Of a stretch of DNA of 64,000 nucleotides, positions 1 through 13,172 are shown piece by piece. The stretch covers positions 103,290 through 167,289 of the forward strand of contig NMRA01000325.1 in assembly GCA_002633005.1 (NCBI GenBank), given 5' to 3'. A model generated the notes under the pieces. It was not told where the DNA came from. It searched no databases and saw only the letters and a list, made by a program, of their open reading frames with translations. Made by a program: the position numbers and the translations under genes. Source of the DNA: Phoronis australis (Eukaryota; Animalia; Phoronida). The number at the start of each line of letters is the position of its first letter. Within the stretch, counting starts at the first letter, position 1.

Positions 1-2147
1 CTCTGAATTTTGACCGGGAGAGAAGTTCAGTTGAACGCCAGCCTACGGGTTTATGAATAACAAAAATGTACCTCTGTTAGGTTGAAATAAATAAAAAAAA
101 AATAAAATAAAAATGTCCTTGAAAACAACAATTTCTGGGGACTCTACCGCTAGAGTGCTGACATCCAGCAGGTGTCGAGACAAAGGCGGCCAGACGTAGG
201 AAACTCGGGAGCCTGAGATAGCCCTTCACCATAGCCACCAAGCTGAAAAGTGCGTATCTTGGAACTAATATATTTGGAATTAATATATTTGTGTTTATTA
301 TAGCCTTCGAGTTATCAAGAAACATCGCTAAGTTCAGCTGCTCGTGTGGCCGTACACAGCTTGATCCATAGTTTACGCTTTTCAACATCATTTTTCGGCT
401 TAGGACATGCCAAAAAATGACGGGATATTATTCTGGAGCAGCATAACGGCTTTCGGTGCTACACACACCATATCAACACCGTTTCCCCATTCTTAGCGGA
501 CAATTTCTTGAGCTATAGACCAAAGTAAGTTTTACTCGACTACGTGTGGTTTGTCGGGTATAATGGCGACTTGGAAACGCAGACGAAGGTGTGCCAAGAA
601 TGCTTTGTTCTGATTGGTCAATTAAGCCGTCCGTCATAATCCTGGCGATAGGTCAATTGATTAACAACAGGTTTCACTTGTATTAATTAGTGGCTATTAC
701 ATAATAAATTAATTACTGGATTTAATCGTTCTCTCTCCAACTACGCACAATCACAAGGCATAGCTGCCTTTTGAACGAAACCCACAGTCAACTTCTGACA
801 CTGAATAAAAGTGAAAACTGGAGGGACATAATTTCCAATGTCCAAGCTTTAACACAAGAAAATTCCTGAATTGTCCCACACGATGATTAAAATGGCCAGT
901 TTTGTACTTGGTCACACCAGTGTACTCTTAAAGAGCGAAGCTATACTTAGTTTTAACAAATGGCGTTTAGCGGTGCTTAAAACCACAGCACTGCTGTGAC
1001 AAATTGTGGAACCTTTCAGTTGCTTATGTGAAAGTAAAACTTCTCGATAATATCCATATTTAATACGTAGGCAACAACGGAATCACATGTACTACATTCA
1101 CCTATGAGCTTCAAAATATCGGTGGCACCTTAAACTCATGTTACAACTCTCTGGCGGATGCTAATGACCCTTGATATTTTTTATGTGAGTCAGTCCCTAC
1201 ACCACTAATTTCTCCTGCTAGAGTCAACTGGAAATGAGCCCAGGGTACGGAATAAAATTAGAACTCAACGACACTCTGTTCTTTACTTTCTCTTGTTTAG
1301 AACACAAATTTAATTTTCATTGATCCGAAACTGTGACCACAATGCTAACATTTCTTGAACTGCAGCCCTGTATGTATTCTTACTGTTAATATTCTTAATC
1401 TTAGTTTATACAAAAGGAAGATCGGCGTCAGTAACATTTAACGGAAACAGTAGTATTTAAGTGGGCAGGGCAAGAAAAACTTATCTTCTTTAACTTCTTA
1501 AATCATTTTCACTTTAAAATGACACTTGATATGTTTGTTAGCAACTTCGCATTAAAGGTATAAAAAACTGGGAAATTGATTAAGATGTTTACCATTTTTT
1601 AACTGGAATAGCACACATTCGGTTGAAAACAAATTTAAAATTAGTTCAAAGCAAATTAAATGTGCATTTAATGTGTGCCAATAGTTTAATTCTTATGATA
1701 ATGTCATTGTTTCGTTGGCATTTTGAGTTGTTTTTGTGGCACCTGACGACACGCTGCACGATGTGAGGAATAGACTTGCGATTTTTTTTGTTTAGATCAA
1801 CAGCTATGCACTCTTCGCGGAAAAACGTACATTCATTGACACAAAAATGTCATGTTTATCACTCTAAACCCACATAAAACAGGATATAAAATATCTGCAC
1901 TATCTCGCACATTGGTCATAGTATGATGGTTGCATTTGTTGACGGTCGTAAAATTCAACATAGTCAAATTTCTGTAAGTAACATTCAATAAGTTTTGAAG
2001 TATTCTGGAAAAAGATAACTTTCTTTTGTTTTTAGTGCAACCTACTTCTTTCTAATGTCCTCGTGTGTTATCTTTGTACTAGTTTATCAGTCTTAAGATT
2101 TAACGTTATGTTGCAAGAATGTTAGTACTACAGTTATGAATGAAGCA

Positions 2148-2265
2148 AGTGGCGGATTTAACGGGGTGCTAAGGGGCCATGCGCCTCCAACAAAGATTCC
2201 ATTTGGCAGTTCGTGGGTGCAAATGTCCCCCCCCCCCTTAACTTAAAGTCCTGGATCTGCCCCTG
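2148..2265. mobile_element. Short GC-rich hAT-like MITE (GTGGCGGATTTA...GGATCTGCCCCTG); related copies near 5153-5318, 5990-6037, 36444-36748
   Basis: Inverted termini and shared internal agattccatttggcagttc between the 2.2-kb and 5.2-kb copies; imperfect 8-bp flanks aatgaagc/aatgcagt. Confidence 0.6.
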
Positions 2266-2866
2266 AATGCAGTTTCATCTTTACTCAGATTTCTGGACTT
2301 ATGAAGAATTGACTATTCATTATATGCCGAGGCCATGATCGGCTCATATGACCAGCCGGCTCTAGCCACTTGTTAACTTTCGCTTCCTCCTTCTATCTAA
2401 TTAAGGACCATTATGATATCAATTTTATATAGGTAAGTGGCTTCAATCAAAATTAGTTTGTTTTTAACCGAATCTGGATTCATAGCACCTTTAACAGATT
2501 TTGAATTGAATCGGTAGTACGATATTAGTTCTGTTTCTGTGGTCCTGTTGAATGAAATAATAATTTTCCTGAAAAAGACACTTAATTAGAATTATGTACA
2601 CGTGATGGTCTTTACATATCTTCAAGATGAAGCGTTTGATATGATAATGTACGGTTCAATATTTTTCAAGTGCCTCCTTTAACCGGGAATAACAATTATC
2701 CGATTCACGCAAACATAGCCTTCGCCCTCATACAGGGAATTGGACGATTATTTTGCAGTTAGAGAAGCCAGTCGGTTCCGTTACCTTGGAAAAACGGCAA
2801 AACACGTTCCAGGTCTTTTGGTGTATGACATTTTCTTGATATATGTCCTTTGTCGTTTAGGACAAG

Positions 2867-2915
2867 ATGTGGGTGCAACTGCTCTCGATTTTTGCGTTCA
2901 GCGTGTATTGTTTTG
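2867..2915 (+). CDS. FAMeT-like gene coding exon 1 (signal peptide)
   Basis: Acceptor tttgtcgtttag ending 2860, ATG 2867, MWVQLLSIFAFSVYCF-G, donor G|gtaagt (phase 1). A probable upstream non-coding exon ends at 2432 (ag|gtaagt). Confidence 0.75.
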
Positions 2916-5900
2916 GTAAGTTAAAACGGTGTTAGAACATTTTACTAAATTATTAGCGATGACAAGCCAGTGGTCTCCGAGACATCATTTGGTTTCAATG
3001 CGAAACAAGTAAAGAATGTGGTTTATCTTACACAAAGCGTTAATTGTTTTATAACGTTTTGTTGTGTCACAAAAGCCAGAGTGGGCGCTAATTGCGAAAC
3101 ATTCACTTCAACGATCTTTAAAGACATTTTTCTTCAATTTTTTACATTTAGATCAATATTAATATACTGTTGCAAAGTTGGAAGCTTTCCAAAATCAGTG
3201 TTTAGACAAACGATCGAAATTCTTGAAAAACAAATGATAGTCACCTGGACCTCATTATTGCATTATATTGAGACATTCTTTTGACGCAGGTTTTGTTACT
3301 ACGGTTATCGAAGATAGAAAACAAATCTGTTTTTCTGTAGGGTGGTCAATGGGCTTTAAAAAAACACTAAAAACGCGACCTTTGCCATTATGGTATGCAG
3401 TTACCTTTAACAGGAGCCTGGGATTATACTAGTCGTTGCAAATAACCTGTTTACAGGTTGCAATTGAAGACATATGGTGAAATAAAAATCCACGCATTAG
3501 GAAATTTCGTGTTAAGTTTCGTCTATTATAACAGTTTTCTTTCCGTTACTTTTTAGCAAAAATACTTTTGTTTTAGGGGCTGAATACGAATCAATAAATA
3601 CTCCCAATTCATACAAGTACGTTCCTGTCAAGTACGATTTTAGCCGACATCGTTACGTGAGGTTTGAAGTGAAGGCTTGCAACGATGCTTACATCAATTT
3701 AATGGCAGACGTTCAACAGGATCGATGGTTGACGTACGAGATAGTGATAGGCGCAATGAACAATACAAGGGCATTCATTCGTAAAGTAAAACTGGAGCTC
3801 CCCGCCCGAACTCAGATCAGAGGCCACAACCTGAATTGCAATACGTTTCGTACATTTTTCATTTTGTGGGACTCCAATAACACAATTGAGGTAAGATATT
3901 GGATTTTTGTAATGTGCATGTTATGTGGTAGATAATAATTAGGTTGTCACAAATTACAACCTCAAACTAAAGTTCTTTTTATTATATTTGCACAATGCTG
4001 GTTTAATCACAATGTAATTGATTTTGCGTGAAACCAGACTCTTTTCACGAGCCCAACTGAATACTAAAATGATACCTCAGAATGATACCATAAAATGTTG
4101 CTTTAAACCTAATTCAATGTTGATAACAGCCTCCTTGAATGGCGTGGTCTATATTCGATAACGGAACTCCGGGTAAATTGAAACGACGGCTGTGATTGGT
4201 TTGCAGTGTTTCATACCGTGGCAGCGGGTAACTCACCGCTTGCAAGATATCAGCCGTAGGGGAACTCGCTGACTCACGGTCGGGCTCCCTCACGCCCTGG
4301 GCCTGGAGTTGGTGATTTGTTGGTTGGTCAGGGTCAGAATTCAGTGAAACTAGACTCTATTAAGTTCACGCGGCGGACATTAAAATCCAAAGCGAGGCTC
4401 ACTGCGATAAACAAGGCGGAAATTTACATTGCGTGAGTTAAATGGCCGGTCTTTGGAGTCCAACCTGACTATTAAATCTTAAAAAATGTGTTAATAATTA
4501 ACCACAGAGACGTAGAAAAATACAGTTAAAGAACAAGTCAATGCACCAAAGAGTTGTCTGACGAAAGGATATAGTTTTTTCCGGAAAACTATGTTCGAAA
4601 CATGAAAAGTAAACATGACCAAATTGCGGCGATTGTAGTGTTACGGATTAGGTATCATGCTGAATGCAGGGTTACGTTTCTTCTAATAAATTCTTGATAA
4701 AAATGCTTTCTACACGAACCAGGTCGTATTGTTGACGAGTTGAAGATATATTCGACAGTGGTGGCTCATAGCATTTTGCTGTCATGTGCAATTAGTCTCA
4801 TCTGGTTTAATTTGTTGATCAAGAGTAGGCCTATTAGCTTCAAGCATAGCCTAGGTCCTGGTGAGGTAGGCACTACCGGGACTAACAGTTGATTTGTCAT
4901 TGATCTGAAATAATACTTGATGTTATTAAATATATATTTTGATTACGATAAAAATTAGGCTCACAATTGAAAATAAAAATTATATGACCATCAATTCTGC
5001 TTTCTTGGTTTTAATAATTACGTCTATTTCATGTGTTATATTTTTCAAATATCAATCTCGACCAAGTTGAATTTTAAAATTAAAACACCTAATTCTTTCG
5101 TCCAAAGCATAACCTCGTTTTAGAACTCAATTTCAATTAACTGGACAGAACGCAGTGGCGGATTTAGAGGGGAGCCAAGGGGCTATGCCCCAGCCCCCCC
5201 CCTAAAATTCTCCCAGATTCCATTTGGCAGTTCAGGAGCGCGAATTTCTGACGGGCAAAATCCTGGCTAATACTCTGCCTTGCCCCCCAACCCAACTCAA
5301 ATTCCTGGATGCCCCCTGCCGGGAACAAGCATAGTTATCATGTTTCTTTAGAGGCCTCGTTCATATCCGAGGGGAAAGGTGCCTCATGTGTGTGCGGCCT
5401 TCTGAGAGGGGACCGTTTCGCCGAGTGACGGGTCAGTAAAAACTCTACTGGCCTCCCGATCACCATCAATAGCACCCCGCCCTTTTGCAAGCTCTCATTG
5501 CTCTGTCTCAAGTAGCATTTTCAGTGGCTGATCTCAGGATACCATATAGGCCTAGTCAGGGGGGGGCTGACATCCTCGATCGGAGAAGCGGGCAGGCGGC
5601 CCGGAAGTTGCGGGCGCCGAGGATGTATACCTTCTGCTCAGGAAATCTGTCGTTGGACTAAAAAAAAATAAAACGGAACGTGTTTTCCCCCTCGTCCGTG
5701 TAATGGCTTGTGGAGAGAGGAGTGAAGAAGACGTCTTTACTTGAACACGCCTTTATTGCGGACTGACTAACTATACAACAACATGTTTTTGCAATGCCTT
5801 GAGTCACATTTCATAGAACTGTTTGGCAAGACTTATATAGTAAACCATTCTAACTAATTGTGCCATATAAGGTAAGTGTAGTTCCAGTACAAATCATAAT

Positions 5901-8594
5901 ACTATTACAGTCCGCTACCGGTCCTACCTTAACTCAGTACAAGTCGGTCCTCCCGCTTCACGTGTTGCTGGTTTATTTTGCTTGCGGCAGTCAAGGGGGG
6001 GAGCCGGGCCCCTGCCCCCCCCCCCCTAAATCCGCCTAAGATTTTGTACTTTTTCAAATTGTCACCTCTGTGGTCACAGGTGATTTGAACCGTTGGAGAG
6101 AAATTTTCATCACAAAGGGGATTTTTTCGCGTGATTTTTCACTATTTTTGAGAGGGGAATAGGGCCGATATTTGGCCCCAAAACTGAGGTATTGAGGGCC
6201 CTGTAGTTTTTGTAAAGAAAAAGTGCATCGCGGTTGAACCCATAGTCATGAAAACACAGCCTGGCTGGCAGAAGAATCTCCGGTCCTTTTTGCTACAACG
6301 GCATTCAGTCCGAGATGCGACGAAATTATGATTCGAAAACAGTTATAAGTTTTACACGGACATATTTTCCTTCGTCGCAGCGTATGGCAAGGACCCAACG
6401 CTTCCGAATCCCAACGTCCTTAGGGATTGTAAAACAGAGTGTCCGTGTTTTTTTCTAGCTGTTCGAGCAACGTGCGGAGTACAACTACCGACGCGGATAA
6501 GCCACCAGAGCTATCGTAGCGAGCCTCGTTTTGGAACGCGCCTCCTTTCGGCGTGAATATGGTCTATAGGCATTTATACATCGCATAATATCAATCATCA
6601 CCTCCCGATCCCCTCAACTGAATGCGTGTCTTTCGCACGTCATCTCTGAAAAAGTGGCACTGTTCAAGTTAGATGTATTGATACCCAGAATTCCTTATCT
6701 GAGCGTTAGTGCGTATGTGTCGTTGGCGAAATGGGTATTCGAACGTTACGTACGTTAATTAGGTGCGTAAATTGATTATTGGCACGGCGTAAATTAACTC
6801 TTTATTTGCACCTAAAATTAACTTTTGACGGTGTAAATGGATTATTTAAGGGCAAATTGACTTTTAACTGTGCAAATAATTAATTTAGGCCGTGAATAAT
6901 TAATAAAGGCCTTTGAAAGTTAATTTACGCCCGGAAGAAATATTTTACCTCTTCAAGAATTTACGATCGTGATTTTGCGTAAGTAGCATTTACCCGTTTG
7001 ACCAACGATACATACATCTATGTTTTGATCTGAAGTGTGTCGTAAACAATTGCTCCGAGAATGACCCGGGAAAATGTAGTGAAACGCTCTGTTGTTTTCT
7101 TTTGCTGTAATCATCTCATTTGGTATCAATCTGTTGGAATGAACAATACTGGGAATGACCCGCTAATTCCATTTCTAATACATAAAATGTGCATGAATTA
7201 AATCTTTTCTAGTTATACTCTCAACTGAGTGGTATAACTTTATCTTAGGTATGGACTCTAAAAGGACCAATTATGTCATACCATGACGCAGACCCATACA
7301 AGATCACTGGAGTTAGCGTGGCGACCGCCGGGTGGGGCGCCACTGGAATATGGAAAGTGTACAACCCTGACCGTAAGTAAACTTGACTGAGGTGTGATTA
7401 TACACTATCAAAACCAGTACGTAGATAGTCGCTGGAAATATAAGCTCACAAATGTTTGCCAATTTCCGTTTGACAATACTGTTTATACAATAAAGTAATA
7501 AGTAAACTATAAAATATTGTACCGAATGAGTGTGGTGGAATGCGCTCGTTGATACCAGTGAGCTATAAAATGCATATGGAATTGAAGTTAAAACAGAGAG
7601 TGATATTAGATTTTAATACAAATAGCTAATGTGGTCAACACATTAAATTCTTTTATTTCAAAAAGCACTTTAACTGGCCACCCGAACACATGGCTCACAT
7701 CTTAACTACTCAATTCCTGGTGTAAGCCCATTCACTGAGTCGCAAATTCCTACACCCACTCACAAAACAAGAGTTTATGCATTCAAAAAGCACAGCTCAC
7801 GGTCTCAAAATATTTAATGCTGAGTTTTATGAGTGTGAGCACGAGTTTGTGGTGGGTTTGGGAGGCTGGGAATTGAGTTTACAGTATGAGTTGAGTTCGT
7901 AAGTGATTAGCTAAGTTGACATGTGTGAGAGCCATGTTGTTCCGGTAACGTGTTTAACCTAAATGATCTTTCACTGAAAACGCCTGCAGTAAAATGCTTC
8001 AATCGACACATGTCGGCGGGTGGAACTCAAATTCCTGGATTCCCATATTTGGCATATTCGATAAACTCGAGATACAGCACATGTAGCTGTTGGACTCTTG
8101 CTCACAATAATACACCTATAACAATTTTTGTTTGGTATTTGAAGAGTACTTCGTATCGGTCTAACGTTCGGTTTTCTTTAACAAAGTCTTCAAGAAGTAT
8201 TTACTAAGTTATGACTGATGAACAAAATCCAAATTGATGATGTGCAACACCAGTATGTCATGTCATCGTAAAATTCGACATGCGCCTATTGAAGCTGTCG
8301 GTTGCAATGGAAGTCATGATCAGTACCGGAAAGATGTGTGCATATAAGCGCGATATTATTTTTTATTCTTTTCTTACAGTGAAACCTCGGGTATGCTGCA
8401 AGCCCCATCCGGAGGTTGGTAATGAATACTGCGTCATCCCGGGCCTAAACTGTCGTTTTTTTACTCAACAAGACATTGCAATGAAAATCTCAGCACGCTT
8501 GACCTATCTCAGCAGATGCAAGTACGGCGACACGAAATTCGATGTAGGAATATGCAATTGTGCCCACGCCGCTGCAGTCGCATGCAATGTTTGA
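2867..8594 (+). CDS. Secreted Methyltransf_FA (FAMeT-like) domain protein with Cys-rich C-terminus, 233 aa, 4 coding exons (2867-2915, 3577-3890, 7249-7372, 8380-8594)
   Basis: All introns GT-AG with matching phases (1,0,1); 702 nt total. Signal-like N-terminus MWVQLLSIFAFSVYCFG-AEY; domain motifs RFEVKACNDAYI, YEIVIGAMNNTRAFIR, LNCNTFRTFFILW and IMSYHDADPYKITGVSVATAGWGATGIW resemble Methyltransf_FA; last exon has 8 Cys. Confidence 0.85.
3577..3890 (+). CDS. FAMeT-like gene coding exon 2
   Basis: ttttgttttag|GG GCT GAA...; FEVKACNDA and YEIVIG motifs; donor GAG|gtaaga. Confidence 0.9.
6714..7014. mobile_element. MITE with ~24-bp TIRs and internal ~21-bp tandem subrepeats
   Basis: tatgtgtcgttggcgaaatgggta vs tacccgtttgaccaacgatacata; repeated gcgtaaattga/gagttaatttacg-like units. 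Confidence 0.65.
7249..7372 (+). CDS. FAMeT-like gene coding exon 3
   Basis: tttatcttag|GTA TGG; VWTLKGPIMSYHDADPYKITGVSVATAGWGATGIWKVYNPD; donor C|gtaagt. Confidence 0.9.
7679..7947. mobile_element. MITE with imperfect TIRs
   Basis: ccgaacacatggctcac vs gagagccatgttgttccgg; actca/tgagt motifs mirrored inside. Confidence 0.55.
8380..8594 (+). CDS. FAMeT-like gene terminal exon, 8-Cys module
   Basis: Strong acceptor ttattcttttcttacag; phase 1 fits exon 3; KPRVCCKPHPEVGNEYCVIPGLNCRFF...RCKYGDTKFDVGICNCAHAAAVACNV-stop. Confidence 0.75.
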
Positions 8595-9999
8595 ATGTCT
8601 TAAAGTGCTTTTAAAAAAACACAATTCACCTTGTTTTGTCAGCATCATCGAATCTTCCTTAATAGTCCTGCATATCACAATTCTTGTGAATTCAATATCC
8701 CCAAAAAACGAGGAAACAGCAGAAAGGGACTTTAATTTAACATTTTTAGCACCACGGTATGAGACTGACTCATGAACGTACCTAGCGCCAATGCGTCATG
8801 TCCATCAGCACACGAGTTTCTTGTACAAACTTGTGCCATATCCGATGAAAAGAGACATAGCGTGGTCAAATACGAAGTTGTCACAACCACCACAAAAAAC
8901 AACGCCTCGCCTTCCTTATAGTATCATGAGCCATGGGAATTAGCAGCGATATCTGACGACACGCTAAACACAACGAAGGGTGACTAGTGCTGTGCCCGAT
9001 TTTAAGTAGTACGTTTCGGTCAATAAAAGCTCGTAATTCGAGACCAACTAACTGACCTGTCGTCAGATAGCGTTTGCGGTAGTTCTAACTGAATTTGGTA
9101 GCTGATCAATCTTTAGAGTTATGTTTTTTGTTGTTTTTGATAAGAAATTGGTTATTTTAAGCACTTAAAGGCTCGGTTGGAAAATGGCCTGTGTGAAAGA
9201 CATATCCGACAATTTGACGTACAGTTACAGGGATTGTAATACATTTTATGCTAGACATTTCTCGTTATTGTCACCTAAACTAAAAGACTTGATAAGTCGG
9301 TGACATAGCTGAGCGTCTTCACTCTTAAGTCCTGTCGATTTTCACTGATTTGTAAGCGATATTCGCATCCGACTAATTGATGTGCATGGACAGTTGATCC
9401 GATACATTTTTCTAAGCTCAAAAGTCGTATACGACTTGTTGTTTGAGACAGAACGCATCCGATTTCGCTCCAATTTTCGTTCACTCGGGAAAAAACATGT
9501 ACTACAGTTCATTTGTGTACGAAAAGCAAAACATTGTACAGCGCCACGAAGACATAGTCTATAATAAGGTGAATGTCTTAAATAATAAAATTAATATTAT
9601 GGGAAAACACGCGCTTATTTAAAACAATTAATAAACCAACAATATAGCAAATCCAAATTTTGTTTCGAAACTTAAAAATACCCGTAAAAGCCATGGCCAC
9701 ACATATATACTATTATATTTGTGTCGATGTCTTAATAATTGGTAACTGTTACCATGGCTACACATGCGGAAACGACAGTGATTTGTACAGTTGTTCGATA
9801 TTATTAGTGATTGGTTGTTACGTGACAATGATAAGACAGAAAACAAACACAAAAAGTAATTCAGGTTACAGTAATGTAAGGCCTGTGGCTAAACATCATG
9901 GTGACAACGACGCCTCTGTGCAAGAGAACGTTTCAGTTATCCACACAGAGTGAATGGGGGGTATAAAGAGCACTCTACTTTGACCTAGGAATGCAATGA

Positions 10000-10110
10000 G
10001 GAGGCAGTGTGGCCTGTGATAGATGCCCGCCTTCTTTACTCGAGGTCGTAGGTCCGAGTCGCACTTGGCCACACTGCTAAACCTTCGAGTCAGGTCTAGC
10101 TCCTCAGCTC
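10000..10110 (+). mobile_element. tRNA-derived SINE head (decayed)
   Basis: gaggcagtgTGGCCTGTGATAG (A-box-like) ... gtaGGTCCGAGTCG (B-box-like), closing stem gcagtgtggcc/ggccacactgc; no intact cloverleaf. Confidence 0.55.
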
Positions 10111-11698
10111 ATGAAATTATTTTTTAATATAGGAATGCAATGGAATACTATTTTTTGTTTTATAGGCTACCCTACATCATTACAAGTAAGTGCCTTGATC
10201 AAACGTAGGCTTGTCAACGTGAAATAGTAAGCACTTACGGTAGCAATAAATTAAAATGTAACAAATTAAAATTATTTTAATTCAGGTTAGCTTAGCAAAA
10301 CATCTGGTCTTAATAATGTAAATGAATTCAAAATTATCATTATATAAACTCATAATGGTTATATAAAGCAGTCCATAGTCGAAAGCAAAGAATGGCAAAT
10401 GTTTCCTCTTTTCTAAATAAATCTTAAATAGATAATAAATAAGTAAAATAATGAATAAATATATGAATGGATAACTTCTATGCTCCTTTGTGCATTCGAG
10501 CATGTCGTAACTTCCTGTTGTATGCCATATGCTAACGTTAATTCATAGTCAGACAGCATAATTACATGCTTGTTGCCCTGGAAGTATTTTTGTCGCACCA
10601 TAACAAAAACGCATCAACTATAATACTGCGTAGAGAACTATGGCTAAGGCTCCATGGCACTGACCAGACGAGCTACCCCTAAGGTATCTGCAGACGACAC
10701 ATGACCAGGTGAAATATCATTAATGTATTGTATAAGACACCGAGATGTTAATAATTCAACATATAACCGATACGTGTTGCTTATGACCAAATATTATGTG
10801 TAAATATGTTAATTTATTTCAACACTTAGCTTCATATGCATTGCAATTAAACACGTGTTATAAAACACATAGGAAAATGTCATTGCAAAATATTGTACTA
10901 ACGGATTAATTCTATCAAAACAAAATCTTCTGCCTATGTGCTTGCTCAAATTTCCCCCTACATCACATTTTGACATGTGTCATGTGACAGTACTTCACTA
11001 TGCGAGTCACGCTTTCAGAGAAATGTGTGTGAAATTTATGTAACAAATCAAATGCAAGCTGAATTTGAAAAAATCCCATCTGATAATAAGTGCCCTACAT
11101 TGCTTCCAAAATAGCAACACGTGTCATCTCCTTTCGCTAGGGGTATATGAACTGTTTTTAGTTAAATACCTGTTTAAATGGTCACTGGATAATAAATGTA
11201 CTTCGTTTATTCCAAATTGCTGTGTTTCGCACTGGCCATCCATTAGTAAGATATGTTTCACACGTATCCGGGCCGTAAGTAAACCGTGATGTAAACAAAT
11301 TACGTAACCGTTTTACTACAACTACTCCAGTGTAGCACAGCCATGTCGTCTTTCTCGCGAATCGTCATCGCAAGAGCAAATCTCGCTCTTCATTTGATCG
11401 AAAGAAACAACTCGACATTGCAAAACGAAGAAGAGGACTGTGGGGCAAACCAACATTTGACGTCGATCATGAAGCACCTGGAAAGAAAGCTTGGCATCTT
11501 CCAAGCTAGTGAAAAATTCTAAATCGACGTAACTTGGTTTCCACCAAACCCTCCCCCCCCGTTCACTGCCCCCAACGATGCACCTACTTTCTTCAAACAG
11601 CACATAACGAACGTTATAGCATTTTGAAAACTTATGGGCTACCCATATACTCAATAATGAAATGGTTTATCCATTGTTGCATCTGCTGTCGTTCAAAG

Positions 11699-11850
11699 TT
11701 TGCACTTGATGACCCCTATAGATTCGAGCTAAAAATTGAGTAAAAACTCGCTATTTTGAGTTAAGTTAAGCTCTACATTTCGAATAAAAGTCAAGATTTC
11801 AAACTCAGAATCGAACGTATAGCTTTAATGCTGGGGTCATCAGGTGCAAA
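11699..11850. mobile_element. Small MITE with CAC...GTG-type inverted termini
   Basis: tttgcacttgatgacccc vs ggggtcatcaggtgcaaa (17/18 match). Confidence 0.65.
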
Positions 11851-12875
11851 TAGGATTAGACAGTCATCTACGTAAACCAGAATGAACTGTCTGGAGCACA
11901 GAATATTTCCATAGATTGAAGGATACAAACCTATGACAATACACATGTATATTTAGTTCGCACAAAAGTAAAGCGAAAAATGCCAAAAATAATTTCGAGT
12001 TCGAGTTCGTGTACAAAAATTAGACCTCGTCGCTGGACGTTTCACGCTGGTCAGGAGTGGAAATATGAGGTTACATAGGACCTTATAGGCATTACTATGC
12101 ATTTATCTACATAAACTATTGAAATTACCTCTGTAAAAGTATATATTTTCTGAAAGTAGAAAATTTGTACATTTTGATTTTAAACTTGATAGTAATCTGA
12201 TCCAATTGCCCATGTATTTCTGGTAAACGTTAGAAAAAAGAAAGGTAAATTCATTGTAAAACAACGGTATCAATAACATGATAAAATTTCATTCGATGTG
12301 AATTGATAAAGATAAATGTCAAACAGATTTTACAGTTCTCTAAAATATCATTTCGTTTTCATATTATGCAACTTTAGAGTATTTTCATAAAACTGATGAA
12401 AGCTCTATTTTTGAAATCCCTCATGCGATGCTATGACATTTAAAAACTAATCTTAACAGTATTTTGGTGAACAGAGAAAATGAAGTATTGCATCTGAAAA
12501 CTTCAAATGAAACCTATCAGTCCTTTCTTAGATATGACGCTAAGGAACTTAGTCAAACTTTAGTTTTAAACGATGATAACTTCTTTAGAGATGTACACTG
12601 TTTTCCAGGAAAGTCCTCCACTTTCGCACCACATAAATATTCCCTTTTAGGCACTCGTTGACTTCTCCAAGTACATTTTTTGATTCGGCATGTCAACTTT
12701 GTCCTCGGACAGAATCTCTACATGATGATGGCTTCATGTTTTGCCAAAGTACTGCGAAGATTTGTTAAATAGCTGTTAAATGATTAAATTGTAGTATTCG
12801 ATATCACACAGTCTTGCTAATCTCTGTGAAGTCATTGGGCAGTGGACGGATATTTGTGTCATGCGTTTTTAACGT

Positions 12876-13172
12876 CTAAAGACGTCTAGCGTCTTTCGGA
12901 ACACCCAAATCTCTGGCTAAGTAGAGATATATTGACCAGTAACACAAGTTGAATATTATATACAGGGTGGGGAAAAGCCACCTTGAATATTTGTCTATGT
13001 TGCTTGGATTGGCGATGAAACACCCACAACTTGTGTCTTCGACGTTCTTGTTTTGAACTCGACCACAGCACATTCCGTTTGTGATCACTGGTGCGTCTCT
13101 GATAACCGGGGCGCCTGGAGAATCCGGCATTGTGTAAGTTGTCTCATAGTTGCTTGATAGCCATTTATGTGT
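12876..13172 (-). CDS. Rdl: RDL-like terminal exon (end of loop, M4)
   Basis: tttcaattccag|THKWLSS...NPSNIDKYSRWLFPTLYIIFNLCYWSIYL...RRL-stop; phase 0 matches exon 7. Confidence 0.92.
   Translation of the reverse strand, partial: THKWLSSNYETTYTMPDSPGAPVIRDAPVITNGMCCGRVQNKNVEDTSCGCFIANPSNIDKYSRWLFPTLYIIFNLCYWSIYLYLARDLGVPKDARRL

Noticed and set aside
9660-9953. 97-aa ORF as a further exon of the FAMeT-like gene
   Set aside because: Lies after the stop codon and AATAAA signals; no recognisable motif or good acceptor.
11420-11450. KRRRGLWGK as a GLWamide neuropeptide
   Set aside because: Single copy in a frame with no signal peptide or supported splice path; likely chance.
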